Positions 13,310 through 27,200 of a DNA stretch of 64,000 nt are shown piece after piece. The notes under the pieces are model-generated. The model had not been told where the DNA came from. It saw only the letters and a list, made by a program, of their open reading frames with translations, and did no database searches. Position 1 is the stretch's first letter; every line of letters begins with the position of its first letter. The position numbers were made by a program, and so were the translations under genes. The stretch comes from Prorocentrum cordatum (taxonomy: Eukaryota): positions 248,001-312,000 of the forward strand of contig CAUYUJ010000292.1 in the NCBI GenBank assembly GCA_963575745.1, written 5' to 3'.

Positions 13310-14340
13310 TAGGGTCGCGGCGGAGGGGGCGGCGCGCTGGGCTGGTGGGGGGGTGGGGGGCGGGGGGCGCGCGAGGGCGTGCGACGGGGGGGGGGGGCGG
13401 TGCGACGACGCCGAAATGAAATGGTCGCGGCGGAGGGGGCGGTGCGCTGGGCTGCTGGGGAGGGCGGGGCGGGGGGGGGGGAGGGCGGTGCGACGGGAGG
13501 GAGGGCAAGAAAGTTGTCGCGGCGGAGGGGGCGGCGCGCTGGGCTGCCGGGGAGGGTGGACGGGGGGGGGTATGGCGGTGCGCCAGGGGGGGAAAACAAA
13601 GTGGTCGCGGGAGGGGGGTCGGTGCGCTGGGCTGCCGGGGGAGGGGCGTGGGGGGGGCGGGGCGTGCGGGAGGTAGGGCGGCGCGACGACGCCGAAAGAA
13701 AGTGGTCGCGGCGGGAGGGGGCGGCGCGCTGGGCTGCTGGGGAGGAGGGGGTGGGGGGGCGGGGGTGAAGGGGTGCGACGGGGGGGGCGATGCGACGGCG
13801 CCGAAATGGAGTGGTCGCGGCGGAGGGGGCGGTGCGCCAGGCTGCTGGGGAAGGGGGCGCGGAGGGGGGGGCGAGCGGTGGGCGCGGGCGGTGCGACGAC
13901 GCCGAAAGAAAGTAGTTGCGGCGGAGGGGGCGGCGCGCTGGGCTGCTAGGGAAAACGGGGCGGGGGGCGGGGGAGGGCGGTGCGACGACGGGGGGTGGGC
14001 GCGGTGCGACGACGCCGAAATAAAGCGGTCGCTGGGAAAGGGGAGGGCGGGGTTTGCGCGAGGGCGTTGCGACGGGGGGGCGGGTGAGGGCGGTGCGACA
14101 GCGTTTACATGCAATGGTCGCGGCGGAAGGGGGCGGTGCGCTGGGCTGCCGCGGGGGCGGGCGCAAGGGGGGCGCGGTGCGACGGGGGGAGCGGGCGGTG
14201 CGACGACGCCGCAAGAAAGCTGTCGCGGCGGAGGGGGCGGTGCGCAGGGCTGCTGGGGAGGGGGGGCGGGGGGGGGCGGTGTGCGGGGCGGTCGGCGCTG
14301 CTGGGCAATTCTGGGGCGAGGGCGGTGCGGCGACGCTGAA
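13310..14340. repeat. GC-rich minisatellite, G-tract rich
   Basis: Repeated GGGCGGTGCGACGACGCCGAAA...GTCGCGGCGGAGGGGGCGGCGCGCTGGGCTG units. Confidence 0.8.
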
Positions 14341-15051
14341 ATAAAGTGTTCGGAGCTCTAGAATAATGTTTTCGTTGTCCTTCCTCCATGTTTATTTGTT
14401 TTCATTCTCGCCATGCTCTGCGTGTTCTCCCCGTCCTTCTCGGCTCTTTTTGCGGAGGCTCCTCCTTGGAGTGCCTCTGGGGGCCTCGCAACAGTTTTTC
14501 GTGCTTTCTTAAAGCCTTCTGAAGGCCTCCTGGGGGTCTTCAGGGGGCCTCTGGGGGCTTCCTCGGGCCACCCTTCCTCCAACTGCGGTCTCCCTGAACG
14601 AATGGATCACGATTTGGACCGCTTCGAAGGGTGTCTTGGGGCCATCTTGGGTCGTCATGGGGCTCTCTTAGGCCATCTTGGAACGTGGGGCGTTTTTCGA
14701 CCCTCCCAGGGAGAAAGCCGACACAAAACTCTGAAAATCAATCTATGTTGCCTCTTGGGGCCTTCTTGGGAGAGTTTTTGAGGGTCTCTTCCGACGTTTT
14801 GGGGCGCTCCTTGGGGGTATGGAAACTCCTTTGGGTTGTCGTGGACCGTCTTGGGGCTCTCTGGGGTCGTTTCGGAGCGCGCCGGAACGCCTGGAGCCCT
14901 ATAGGGCCGTCTGTGGACTCTCGTGGGGTTCTCCCGGGTCGTCTGGCGGGTTGCCCGAGGCCGGGCCAAACTCGTTCGAGTGGGGTGGGGTGTATTTTTT
15001 TGGCTGGCGTCCCCGGCCCTATGAATTGACATGAATTGGAACATCTATATG

Positions 15052-15085
<34 letters not shown>

Positions 15086-15115
15086 AACAGAAAGAGAGAG
15101 AGAGAGAGAAACAAA

Positions 15116-15146
<31 letters not shown>

Positions 15147-15615
15147 ACGGGATCCCCGCCCTCCCCCAGACAGAGGATCGCCCCTCCATCCATCCCTTTC
15201 CCCCCCTCACTCCTTCTCTGCTCCCGCTCATTCTGCGCCTCCTGCTGCCCTCTCTCCCCTGGGCACTCCCGAAACCTCCAACAACCTCCAGAAGCAATCG
15301 ACAACTCACACCGACCACCAAACACTTTGGAGATCCTCCGAACATTGCCGCAGTCGCCAGAGTACCGCCGACCAGTTCCTCATCCTCTCTCTTCCTCCTC
15401 CTCCTCCTCCCTCCCTCCTCCTCCTCCTCCTCCTCCTCCTCCTTCTCCTCCTCCTCCTCCTCCCTCCCTTCCTCCTCCTCCTCCTCCTCCTCCTCCTCTC
15501 CTCCTCCTCTCCTCCTCCTCCTCCTCTCCTTCCCTCCTCCTCCTCCTCCTCCTCCTCCTCCTCTCCTCCTCCTCCTCCTCTCCTCCCTCCCTCCCTGCCT
15601 TCCCAGAAGGCCCGC

Positions 15616-15712
15616 CTGTTGGCGACCGCCAGCAGCTGCTGGGTGGCCCACACGTAGTCCTCGTCCACGAGCCTGCAGTTGCCGACCAGGTCGTCCTCGT
15701 GCGCGTCGAAGC
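15616..15712 (-). CDS. HDAC exon 7 (GFDAH Zn ligand)
   Basis: (G)FDAHEDDLVGNCRLVDEDYVWATQQLLAVAN(R). CAG acceptor, GC donor, phases 1 and 2 match the neighbours. Confidence 0.92.
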
Positions 15713-16837
15713 CTGGGCAACAACCGTGGCATCTGCTGGCCTCTGCACTCCACTTCCCGCTCAAGGTTTCGCCCCCCTTCTTCTCCGCACCCTGCGTACA
15801 TCTCCTCCTCTCCGCCTGCTTCATTCTCCACGTCCTCCTCCTTCTCCGCCCAGTCATCCTATCCCCTTCTCGTCTATCACCACCTTCCGCCCCAAACCTC
15901 CTCCTCACCCCCCTGCCTCTGTCGTCATCGCCCTCGTATCTCATCCTGATTCCCTCCTCGTCCTCCTCCTCCTCATCATGCGCCTCCTGTTCCCTCTTTC
16001 CTCCTCCTTCTCATCCTCCCAATGTTTCCGCGGTCTCCTCTTCTTTCACATTTTCATCCGCCTCCACGTCCTTGTCGTAGTCGCCGTCGTCCTCCTCCTC
16101 CGCCTCTTGAGATCTTACATCTGCCCGACGTGTGTTTGTTGCCGCGGTGTCGGGGTCAGAAGATGTAAATAACGGTGACGGTGGTTGTAACGGTACTGCG
16201 TACAATTCTTGTTACGCTCATGGTGATGATGCAAGAGAATGAGTGCTCAACCTTTCCCTTCTTCATTTCCTCCTCCTCCTCCTCCTCCCTATCCTTCCAT
16301 TCCCCCTCCTCCCTCACCTCCTTTTCGTCGTTCTCCTCCTTTCGGGGGGCGAAGACGGAGGACCCGGAGGCATGTTCATCGCTCACATCCGCCCACCTCG
16401 CCCTCGTCTCCTCGCATCCCTTCCTTCTCGCCTTCCTCCCCCTCCTGCTCAAACCCTCCTCTCGTTTACCCGCTCCTCCTCCTCCTCCTCCTCCTCCTCC
16501 AACTCCTGCTCCTCCTCGTCCTCCTTCTCTTCCTCCTCCTCATCCTCCTCCTACATCGTGTCTTCGTTTTCGTCCTCCTCCGTCCCCTTCCCTCTCCTTC
16601 CCCTTGTCCGCATCCTCGCGCTTCTCCTCCTCTTCCTGCCTCCATCTTCTCCTCCTCCTCCTCCTCGTCCTAGTCGGCGTGGGAAGGTCCGAATCGTTTC
16701 CGACCCGCCAGGAGGGTAACACATTCCCCCCCCAGAGACTTGCAGGGCCCCCGACCAATCCCGAGGCCAGGAGGGGAGAGGGCCCTGTAGCACATTTTCG
16801 AGTACCGTACTCTTCCTCACTCTTGCTTTGTGCCGCC

Positions 16838-17656
16838 ATGGAGCTCTCATGTGTGACCATTGCTAGCAGCAGCATGAAGAGACGACAGAGGACACGCCAA
16901 ACGCATGCGAGAAAATCACAACAGGCAAGCATTTCGATTTTGTCTCATTGCTTCTCCGCCGCTCCGATTGCGTCAGGAATTGGAGTTGTTCTTCCGCCGC
17001 CAGGTTTGGAATTTTACGAGGTCGACGCTGAAATACAGAAGGAACAAGTTCATGTATTATCAATGTTTGAAGATAGACCAGCGGAGACATCGGCTCCGGA
17101 AACATATTTTGCGATATTGCCTTCAGTTGGTTCTTGGCTCGTTCACAAATTGCAGCCGGGGTCAGATAAGGACGGGGCCGAGGGAGCTTATCCAGAATCC
17201 AGCCACACAGAAACACGCACAACTATTGTACATACGAGGTGCAGTAGTGATCAAGAAAAAGATACCCAAGAATGTGTTTATACCATTTCAAGCCAGATCG
17301 ATAGATGGCAGTTTGTGGGTCCAGCTTCTCACTCCTTCGTACGGCGCAAACAGAAAATCGATGAGGCGATTGAGGAGGCGAACAAATTGACAATGGAGAT
17401 TGAAGAATTAGAAGAAGCAGTGGCGTTGAGCGACACTTTGACCAGAGAAGAGCTGCATGATCTTTGTGCCAAATATACCAGATATGCAGAATTGCCTGGG
17501 TTGTCTTGGAAACAAAGGATGGCATTAGACCAGGTTTTCGACGATTTGCAAGAAGCGTGCAGTAATCAAGTTGTTGATCTTGAGCACAATATAGATAGCC
17601 TGTTGATGGATCACATATACGATATTTTTGGGCACAGGAGAAGCATTAAACGTTGA
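16838..17656 (+). CDS. Intronless 272-aa hypothetical ORF in an AT-richer island
   Basis: GCCGCCATGG start context and a non-repetitive protein with an acidic helical C-terminal half. No recognisable motif. Confidence 0.45.
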   Translation: MELSCVTIASSSMKRRQRTRQTHARKSQQASISILSHCFSAAPIASGIGVVLPPPGLEFYEVDAEIQKEQVHVLSMFEDRPAETSAPETYFAILPSVGSWLVHKLQPGSDKDGAEGAYPESSHTETRTTIVHTRCSSDQEKDTQECVYTISSQIDRWQFVGPASHSFVRRKQKIDEAIEEANKLTMEIEELEEAVALSDTLTREELHDLCAKYTRYAELPGLSWKQRMALDQVFDDLQEACSNQVVDLEHNIDSLLMDHIYDIFGHRRSIKR

Positions 17657-18661
17657 GGGGGTCAGATCGAGGTTGCCATTTCCATATGCTGCAACAGAAA
17701 TAGAGCAAGCCCTCCAGGATTGGATGGAAGTTCAAATTGTAGTAAAAGCCGGTGATTTCTACACTTTGCGAGCAGTATAGCGAGTTTGGTGCCGAGACGA
17801 GATTATTCTGTCGTTCTGCTGTCGTTTAGCGAAGGAGAATTAACAAGTTCAGTATGTTGAGCCAGTGCGCGTTTGGCGCGTTGGGTCGTGAATACCTCGG
17901 GCAGATAAGAGTGAAAAGCAGCACAGTGCTGCATCTTCCTCTCTGCGTCGGGAGGGGTGGGGGGGATTGAGTGGGGTGGAGGGAGGGGGTTCGGTACTCT
18001 TTGCACGTGTCCTCTTGGGGAGGGGCGCTCGCGGTAGCTGTGGGGCGCCGCCAGTCCCCAGATCCCACTCTTATTTTCCTAGCTTCGGAGGCGAGTTGCC
18101 CTCCGCAATCGGGCCACCTTCTTCGGCCCCAGGGCCCAAGGGGGTCGTCCAGGCAGGCCTCGGGAACCAGGCTGAAATTTGTCCCTGGCCCTTGCATCCA
18201 TATTTTATCGCAGGGACATCCACAAGTGTTGTGCTGCCGCCGCTGCTGCTGCTTGACACCACGTCCCCTAAGCGCCTTTACCTGTTTTTTACCTCCTCGT
18301 CCTCCCTCCTCCTCCTCCTCCTCCTCCTCCTCCTCCTCCTCTTCCTCTTTCTCCTCCTCTTCCTCCTCCTCTTCTTCCTCCTCATTCTCCTCCCTCGTCG
18401 ACTCTTTCTCAATCTCTTTCTCTTCCTCCTCCTGGACCCTTCTCCTCTTCCCTCCTCCTCTACCCTCCTGCACCCTCCTCATTATCCTCCTCCGATTTGC
18501 ATTCCATCATCCCCCTCCTCCCCTCTCTGATCCTCTTCCACCTCACCTTCCTCCTCATACGCCTCCTCTCATTTCCCCTCCACCTCCTTCTCCTTCAAAA
18601 CCCCCATTCCTTCCAGTCACGTTGGGGGTCTGGGGGGCTTCGAATCCGCCCCAGGAGGAAC

Positions 18662-18743
18662 CTGCGGAGACGAAGATGATGTCGGGTGCGAAAGCCAACA
18701 ACTCCGGCAAGATCTGCGACCGCATTCCGTCCCGAAAATCTGC
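18662..18743 (-). CDS. HDAC exon 6
   Basis: ADFRDGMRSQILPELLAFAPDIIFVSA(G), the F-x-PD-x-I-x-VSAG motif. AAG acceptor, GT donor. Confidence 0.92.
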
Positions 18744-19813
18744 CTTGGTGCACCATAGGGAGGATGAGGAAGAAGACGATAATGGTGAGGACGAGGAAGA
18801 GTTCCACTGCCCGTGGAGGGAGGAGTAAAGGGGATGTGTGAGTCTTCTATGGTGGTTCCCTGGGGGAAGAGAAAGAGGACGATACTGAATCGAGACTGGA
18901 AGAGTAGGAAGAGCCTCGGGGCACTGGAGGCTAAGCAGGAGGAGGAGCACAGCACGAGTCGTAAAAGAGGAGGAGGCGGACAGAAGGAGCACTGGGAGGG
19001 GGAGGGAAAGGAGCAGCATGAAAAGGAGCAACGAAAACTGCGAACGCGCACGGTTGGCTGCGAAGGCCGGCTCGAACCGAAGACCTTCCTCCAGCACGCC
19101 GCGGCACCAAAGACAGCCACACCAAGACATGCGACGCCCTGCCTTTTTCCATGCGGGGTCCCTGGAAGGTCCGACCCTATCCCCAGGGCCAATGTTTCAT
19201 CCCGAGCCGTTTCTTCACGATCAAAAACTAAGCCAAAAACCTTCCGTCGTGATTGTTTCACGACACGAACATGTCTAGGACTGTTCGGCTACATGCAAGA
19301 GTGGCCCTGAGTAAGAGTTACCTTTTGGTGCGCGGCTTTTTGGGGGCCGCGGGGGGACCAAACACTAGCGCGCAAAACGCTACTACCGCTTCGCGTTCGG
19401 CGATCGGGGGACCCCAATGGGCCCGCACCAAAGGTCACTCCGGCGAAACGTTTCTCCTACGTGTAATCGAACTGTAGTCGAATTGGTCACTGGACGAATG
19501 ATCTCTGATCGTTATGCGTACGTGGCCCCACTGGGCGCCACCGAGTTGTGACCCACCTGCATGAACAACTCTCGAGCCATGTGGTGCATGCAAAGTCGTG
19601 GGCAAGCACTGCACGCTGCATTGTACGAGGACGAGAAGGAGGAGGAGAAGGAGGAGGAGGAGGAGGAGGAGGAGAAGGAAAAGGAGGAGGATGATGAGGA
19701 TGAGGAGGATGACGATGATGATGAGGAGGAGGCGGAGGAGGAGAAGGAGGAGGAAAGGGAGGGAGGAGGAGGAGAAAGACGAGGAGGAGGAGGAGGAGGA
19801 GGACGAGGAGGGA

Positions 19814-21310
19814 GACCAGTGTACATCCAAGAAGCACCGACGATGTTTGAATACACCCTCCCCCCAAGCTCCCTCTTCATAGGCCCCTACAACGGTTCAT
19901 GTCCACAGAAGGAGGGACCTGCCTCGTTGGAAGACAGCCGTTTGAAGACCCTGAAGCGTACCAAAACATTGTTCTCGGGGCTCCAACGCCACGGATCAAC
20001 CTGACTGTTGCGTCTTGACGACCCTGAATCGTGCCAGAAGACGATTCCTGGGACTTCAACGCCGCGAATCATCGTAACAATTGCACCCTCGTAATCGTGA
20101 GTCCTTTCGTAACACCATTTCTAATACGTCGATCATGGGAATCCGTAAAACTTCTGTATTTTTACACCGCATGTGCGCGGCGCTAAAATGAGAACCACAT
20201 TTGACGAAAGAACCACCCTCAATCCGTGAAGCCCTGGCACATCTTTAAAACGAGTGTGCGCGGCGCCCAAGCGAGAACAACATTATAAACACCACCCGCA
20301 CTCAATCCGTGACGATCTTGCGAATTTGGAAAACGAATATGCGCCGAACCAATGCGATAATCGCAATGTGAAAACGACCCGCCCTCAATCCGTGAAGCCT
20401 TTCCACTTGTTTTGAACGAGTGTGCGCGGCGCCAAGGCGATAACCACATTTTGAAAACCACTCGCCCTCAATATGTGACGCTCTTGCCAAGTCACGAAAT
20501 GCGAGGAAGTCTCGAACGAAACGCCTGGCCCGCATACAAAATGTTGTCTCGGGGTGCGAAAAGAAGAACTTATGTATAATACGGAATGAAGGAGGAGGGG
20601 GAGGAGGAGGAGGAGGAGGAGGAGGAGGAGGAGGACGACGAGGACGAGGAGGAGGAGGATGGGAAGGGGGAGGAGGGGGAGGAGGAGGAGGAGGAGGAGG
20701 AGGAGGAGGAGGAGGAGGAGGAGGAGACCGAGGACCAGTGTAAACCCAAGGGTCATCAACGATGTTATAATAAACGCTCCTCCAAGCTCCCTTTTGATAG
20801 GCCCCTACAACGTTTCATTCGCATTGGGGGAACTGCGTCTTTGGAATGCAACCGATCATCGTAACGGTTGCACCCTCATCGCCGTGAGTCCTTCCAACAC
20901 GCAACTTGTGGTACGTCGATCATGGGATCCCGTTCGATATTTTTTTAACGAATGTGCGCGGCGCTAAAGCGAGAATCCCATTTTGAAAAAAAGAACAGCC
21001 TTCAATCCGTGAAGCTCTTGTATTTGTTTGTAAGGCGAGTGTGCGCGGCACTAGAACGAACACCACATTTTGAAAACCACCCGCACTCAATCCGTGAAAT
21101 CTTTGCAAATTCATAATCCGAATGCGCGCGCGGCGCTGAAGCGAGAACCACATCTTGAAAACGACCCGCCCTCCATCTGTGAAGCTGTTGCCAATTCTTA
21201 AGCTTCAAGGTCATGGGCGGTGAGGAAGTCTCAAACGAAACGCCCAGCCCGCCCTAAAAACTGGCCTCGGGGTGCGACAGGGAGAAGTTATTTATTAGGA
21301 AACGGAGTGG
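19814..21310 (+). repeat. Composite repeat family A, two tandem copies separated by (GGA)n
   Basis: Heads at about 19814 and 20732, same about 60-bp units, same tail motif (CTCGGGGTGCGA...). Confidence 0.8.
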
Positions 21311-22029
21311 AGGAGGAGGAGGAGGAAGAGGAGGAGAAGGAGGAGGAGGAGGGGGAGGAGGGGAAGGAGGAGGAGGAGGTGGAGGAGGAGGAGGTGGGAG
21401 GAGGAGGAGGCGGAGGAGGAGGAGGAAAAGGAGGAGGAGGAGGAGGAAGATGATGATGAGGAGGCACAAATTATTCATGAGAAAAAAGAGCGGAGTAGGA
21501 AACGGAGGCGGAGGAGGAGGACGAGGAGGGGGAGGAGAAGAAGAAGGAGGAGGAGGAGGCGGAGGAGGAGGAGGATGGCGTGCGCGCCCCGCTGCGTGGA
21601 CGGACCGACGGCCCGCTGCGGCAGCGGCCCTGGGCCGCCCCTGCCGAAGGTGCGGGCATCGAGCTGACCCGAAGATCTTGGTTCCACGCTTGAGGCTCGA
21701 GGTTTACAATCCTACCCCCTTCCGCCTCTTCAGTCCCCCCTTCACCCCTGCTCCCTTCCCGCTTCCCGTTCATGGACAAGTGCCATCGCAACATTTGATG
21801 CTTCGTCGATTGCCAATACCTTCGCGCGAGAAAAAATCATCATCCTTCGCCACTCTTGTACACAAGCGTGCAAGCGCATCGGGCGAACGCGATGCAAAGA
21901 TATCAGAAAAATAAGCCGGTCGTCTGCCCAGGCCTCGAGGTCCCCCTGCTGAAGCAAACGACGATGTATTGCTTTGCCGGGGAAGAGTCTGGAACAAGGC
22001 GCACTGCGCGAAACGCCAATGCAATCTGG

Positions 22030-22300
22030 TATATACATACATACATACATACATACATACATACATACATACATACAGACATGCATACATACATTCCATA
22101 CACTACATTACATTACATTACATTACATTACATTACATTCCATTACATTGCAATACATTACATCACATCACATTACATTACATCACATCAGATTACATTA
22201 CATTACATTACATTCCATTCCATTCCATTCCATTCCATTACACACATCCATTTATCTATATATGTATATACCTACATATGTATATATATATACATACACA
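22030..22300. repeat. Compound (TACA)n-(TACAT)n-(TTCCA)n microsatellite
   Basis: Direct reading. Confidence 0.9.
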
Positions 22301-22626
22301 TGCGCATATGAATATCATTCGCACGAGCTTGCGCGTGCCAGCGCGGTCGCACAGATGCGCCAACCAGTGCCACGCTCATCTGCAGTCCTGGCCGCATGGG
22401 CTCTGCAAGACAAGCTGCGGGCTGAAGGGTGGGATGTCTGCGCGAGCAGTGGAGTAGACAACTCACTAGTCACAAATATGACAATCACTCCAATAGGGTT
22501 GCACCACGCCATAGATTGCGCCCCATGGGCAGCCCCCACCCCGCGTACTGTATGGCATCGCTGTGTGGGGCCAGCGCGCTGGCTTCATGTGGGGCAGGGG
22601 GTACAATCTGCCACTGGGCGCCCGGC

Positions 22627-22744
22627 CGAACTGGAGTCTGGGCGCATCGTCACGTTGACGATCTTGGGCGAGGACTCGTTGCAAGCCTTCCCCGTGCGTG
22701 GGTAGAACCCGGAGCCGTAGCCGTGGATCGACGCGAAGAACAAA
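22627..22744 (-). CDS. HDAC exon 5
   Basis: (S)LFFASIHGYGSGFYPRTGKACNESSPKIVNVTMRPDSSS contains the HDAC SIH...FYPxTG...NV motifs. AAG acceptor, GC donor. Confidence 0.88.
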
Positions 22745-22899
22745 CTTGCAGCCGTCAGCACATCTCTCCATGCCGTCCTCCCTCCTCCCCTGCCTCCTCG
22801 TGCGTTCACTTATGAACGACCTCCAGCTCGCACGTCCCATTGACATTCACCTGCACATTTTTGGGGTCGACAACGCTAACTATACTCATGGCAACTTTT

Positions 22900-24030
22900 C
22901 TCAAGACTCCAACCAATCGTTTCCAACGAGTAACTTTACGCTTGGCGCTGCGCACGATCGCGTCGACACCACCAAACTGGGATTGGCGGCAAACTCGACA
23001 GCAACCGCGCAAGCCCGCGAATCTAAAATAAGCGAGCAAAAAACAATCACATTGGGGCCCCTACGTGCTCAAAATAAATTATCACCTGCTTGCCACTGAT
23101 ACACCGGCTTCTTTTCACTCCGCTTCCATACCCTACCCCCACAAGCGAATGCCCGAGTCATACGGAAGCGAAAACGACACCTGGCTAGCTCGCTATAAAC
23201 ATGGTGATGCTTTATGAGTGGTCCAATGGACTGTGCGCTCACAGACTGCCGCCATTCCTCCGCGTCCTGAAAAGTGAGCCCTTGCGCAGGATCTTCGATT
23301 TCCTCCTCCTCCTCCTGCTCCTCCTCCTGCTCCTCCTCCTGCTCCTCCTCCTGCTCCTCCTCCTCCTCCTCCCCCCCTAAGTCCTTCATGCCGCCGCTTG
23401 GTTTAGAGAGCCATGGCGACACAACAAATGGCCACGCCACGATGGCAACACATCCCTTTTGTTTGCTCTCTTTCAGGTCGTGCACGAGCGCATCAGCGGG
23501 GGCGCGGCATTGCGCGAATACTGCGAGCCTTCGTCCTCGTCTACAAACAACCAGCATAACGTGGCGGCACCAGCATGAAGGACGCCTTCTATGAGCGCGC
23601 AAAGTTCCCACCTCTGACGCATTGAGTGTCCATGGGAGCGCTGAACGAGCAAATGATCATGCCCCATATTGTTGCCAATCAGGTGCTGGATGTCAGGCAC
23701 GGTCCTAGTCAAGGTGGGCCTTCGTCCAATCGAATATAAGGCGGCGGGCTTCGCTTGTAGAGGCGTGGTCAAGCTTTCTCCACTCATTTGCGTGCACACC
23801 ATGGCCCGTTTCCAACTCAGGCGTCAGACTTTTGTCCGTCGAGGACGGAATCCCAATCGTCGAACACCTCCATGCAGGGGAACCCGGAGCGCCTGACAGG
23901 CCGTCAAATGCTCAACACGAGGCGCCAACTGGTGCCACCCAGGCAACGCCGCAACTGATGTAGGACGACCACAACCGGGGAGTGCCTCCACGGCGACCCA
24001 CTCACGTCTCGTAGTTAGGTTCGGGACTGG
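22900..24030 (-). mobile_element. Highly decayed RNase H/3' fragment of a LINE
   Basis: Minus strand across frames gives LIFDWTKAHL then LIGNNMG, resembling the RNase H WxKAH...GNxxAD motifs of the two intact-order elements. Interrupted by a (CCT)n tract. Confidence 0.4.
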
Positions 24031-24229
24031 TGCTTGCAAGCCCCGAGCCGTCGGTGCGGACCACCGCGTCCCAGCGCCCTACGGCTGCCTGGACGTGCGC
24101 GGGGCGCCCACAATGCAATGCCACAACCTTCGCATCCAAAGTGCCGTTTCTATAAAGGAGCAAACAACAGCAACAACAGCAATCACAAAAACAACAGTAA
24201 CAACAACAAAACCAACAACAACAGCAATC

Positions 24230-27200
24230 ATTTTAAGACTGTCTGCTCCGATCTGATCACGTGCCAATCAATACGTATATCCCAAACCCTAGGTACCCGC
24301 CCTTGTCGTCTTCGATCGTACCCCCTTGGGGGTATATCTTCCTTACATGCCACGTGTATTTAGTGCAGCCCCAAGGGGGAGGGAGAAAAAGGGAACACGA
24401 GAGAAATTATAATGAGAGGGGCAAGGATCAGAAAACATCAGAAAACAAGTGGTAGAACCAGACGGGCAGATCGGGTTGGCAGACCCATAGCGGGCAGGTC
24501 GGGAAGGCGGGCCCAAGGCGGGTTGCTGAAGCGTGGGCCCTGCAATAATCGCGAGGAAGTCTCGAGCGATAGCGCGATTCTCAAGTAAATCGTGAGAAAA
24601 GCCAGCGTGGGCCACGAAGGGCATACAATCCGAGACCACAGAGGGCAACGACGGGGCCGCTGAGGGCAGCACTGGGGCCACGAAGGGCAGCGAGGGGCAC
24701 ACAAAGGGCGACAGCGGGGCCACGAAGGGCATGCATATGGGGCCACGACTGTCGCGAGCAAGCGGGGCCACGAAGGGCATTCGTATACGGCGCCACAAAA
24801 AAGGCGACACCGTGGCTACTGAGCAAAGGATCCACGAAGGGCAGCGAGGGGGCCACGAAGGGCGACAGCGCGGCTACGAAGGGCATGCGTATGGGGTCAC
24901 GACGGGCGCGTGCGAGCTGGGGCCACGAAGGGGACATAATGCGGGGCCACAAAGGGCAGCGAGGGGGCCACGAAGGGCTGCAACGGGGCCACGAAGGGCA
25001 GCGAGCGAAGGCGACCGCGGAACCAGCACGGGCAGCGAGGGGCATCGAAGGCGGGCGAAGGGCAGCGAGCGGCGACTGCAGTCGTTCACGGGCTGGTCGG
25101 GCGGGCAGGCCTCGACGGGCGGGCGGGCGGGTCGTTGAAGCGCGGGTCCTGCTTGAACCGCCAGGCAATATGTAGTGGGAACGCGATTCCGGAGTGTCGA
25201 GGACCGGCATTTGAATAAATTGTGAAGAAATGCCAAGCGAAGCGGCTCGGTGGTAAGTTGCGAAGAAGTCCCAAGCGAGAACGCGATTTTGCAGTAAATT
25301 GTCAAGAGGTATCCGGCGGGACCCGCGATCCGGTGGTAAATTTGCAAGAGTCCCAAGCGAGAGCTCGATTCTTCAAAAAATTGTAAGGAAATATCAGGCG
25401 GGAGCCGCTGTTGTTGTAAACCGGGGGCCAACAACACAGTTTGACACCCAAGACTTTCCCTGATAAAAACAAGGTGCGAGCCCCGGGAGGGACACTTCAA
25501 GCGAAAAATGCGATGTGCACCGGGCGGGGGGGATCAATAATAATTATTCTTCAGAAGTGAGAACTCCTCATTTCAAGACTGCTCTTTCTTATCCGCTCGA
25601 GTGTAATTCAACGTATTGCCCTAAACCCTCGATGCCTGTCCCCCTCGTGTTCGACCGTTCCCCTTTGGGGAGGTATACTTTTCTTCCCTGCAGGCCGGTC
25701 CCCGGCAAGCGGCGGGGCGGCCGCGAACCGTCGGCCTGGCCAGCGGCGGCGCTGATCGGCGGCAGCCCGATCCCAAGAGGGACGGACAGGAAACCGACCA
25801 CGACGACTACGACGAACAGCGAAAGCGAGAGCGGGGCCACGAAGGGCAGGAATGGGGCCACGAAGGGCGACAGCTGGGCCACGAAGAGCATGCATATGGG
25901 GCCACGAAGGGCGCGAACGAATGGGGGCCATGAAGGGCAGATAATGCGGGGTCACAAAGGGCAACGACGGGACCACTGAGTGTAGCAACGGGGCCACGTA
26001 GGACAGCGAGGGGGCCACAAAGGGCGACAGCGGGGCCACGAAGGGCATGCACATGGGGCCACGACGGGCGCGAACGAGCGGGGGTCACGAAAGGCATACG
26101 TGTATTGGGACGCAGAGGGCAAGGACGGGGCCACTAGGGCAGCGAGAGGGCCACGAAAGGCGACAGCGGGGCCACGAAACGCATGCATATGGGGCGACGA
26201 CGGGCGCGAATGAGAGGGAACCACGAAGGGCATACGTGTATTGGGCCACGAAGGGCAGCGAGGGGACCACGAAGGGGCGCAACGGGTCCACAAGGGGCAG
26301 CGAGGGCGCCACGAAGGGCTGCAATGGGGCCACGAAAGGCAGCGAAGGGGACACGAACGGGTGCAACGGGGCCACGAAGGGCAGCGAGGAGGCCACGAAG
26401 GGCTGCAACGCGGCCACGAAGGGCAGCGAGGGGGCCACGAATGGCTGCAACGGGGCCACGAAGGGCACCGAGGGGGCCGCGAAGGGCAGCAACGGGGCCA
26501 CGAAGGGCAGCGAAAAGGACACGAAGAGGTGCAACGGGGCCACGAATGGTAGCGAGGAGGCCACGAAGGGCTGCAACGCGGCCACGAAAAGCAGCGAGGG
26601 GGCCACGAATGGCTGCAACGGGGCAACGAAGGGCAGCGAGGGGGCTACGAAGGGCTTCGACGGGGGAAAGGGCAGCGAGGGGGCCACGAAGGGCGGAAAC
26701 GGGGCCACGAAGGGCAGCGAGGGGGCCGCGAAGGGCTGCAACGGGGCCACGAAGGGCGCAGCGAGATCCCGATTCCTAAGTAAGCTACGAGGGAGTCCCC
26801 AGCGTGAGCGCGACTCCTGGGTGCCCGAGTGTCGGGGGCTCGGCGCTGGATTAAATTGTAAGGAGGTCCCAAGCGAGAGCGCGATTTCTGAGTAACATGC
26901 GAGGAAGTCTCATGCGGGAGCGGAGGTTCTGGCTAAATTGTGAGGAAGTCTCTGGCGGGAGTCGCTGTTATTATTGTGGTAATCTGGGGGCCAAAAACGC
27001 AGTTTGAGCCTAATGACTTCCCCAGAATATATAAAAGGTGTGAGCCCAAGGGGGAAGCACTTTAATTGGAAAACGCAATGGTCACCAGAGGGGGGATCAA
27101 CAATACTTAGTGTGAGAGCTCAGCAACAACAATTACTTTAATACCGTTCACTCCTATCTGCTCACGTGCCAATCGATACGTCTATCCCCAGCCCCCGGTA

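Noticed and set aside
21640..21712. Possible extra HDAC exon
   Set aside because: Exons 5 and 6 already join in frame, and this segment has no HDAC similarity.
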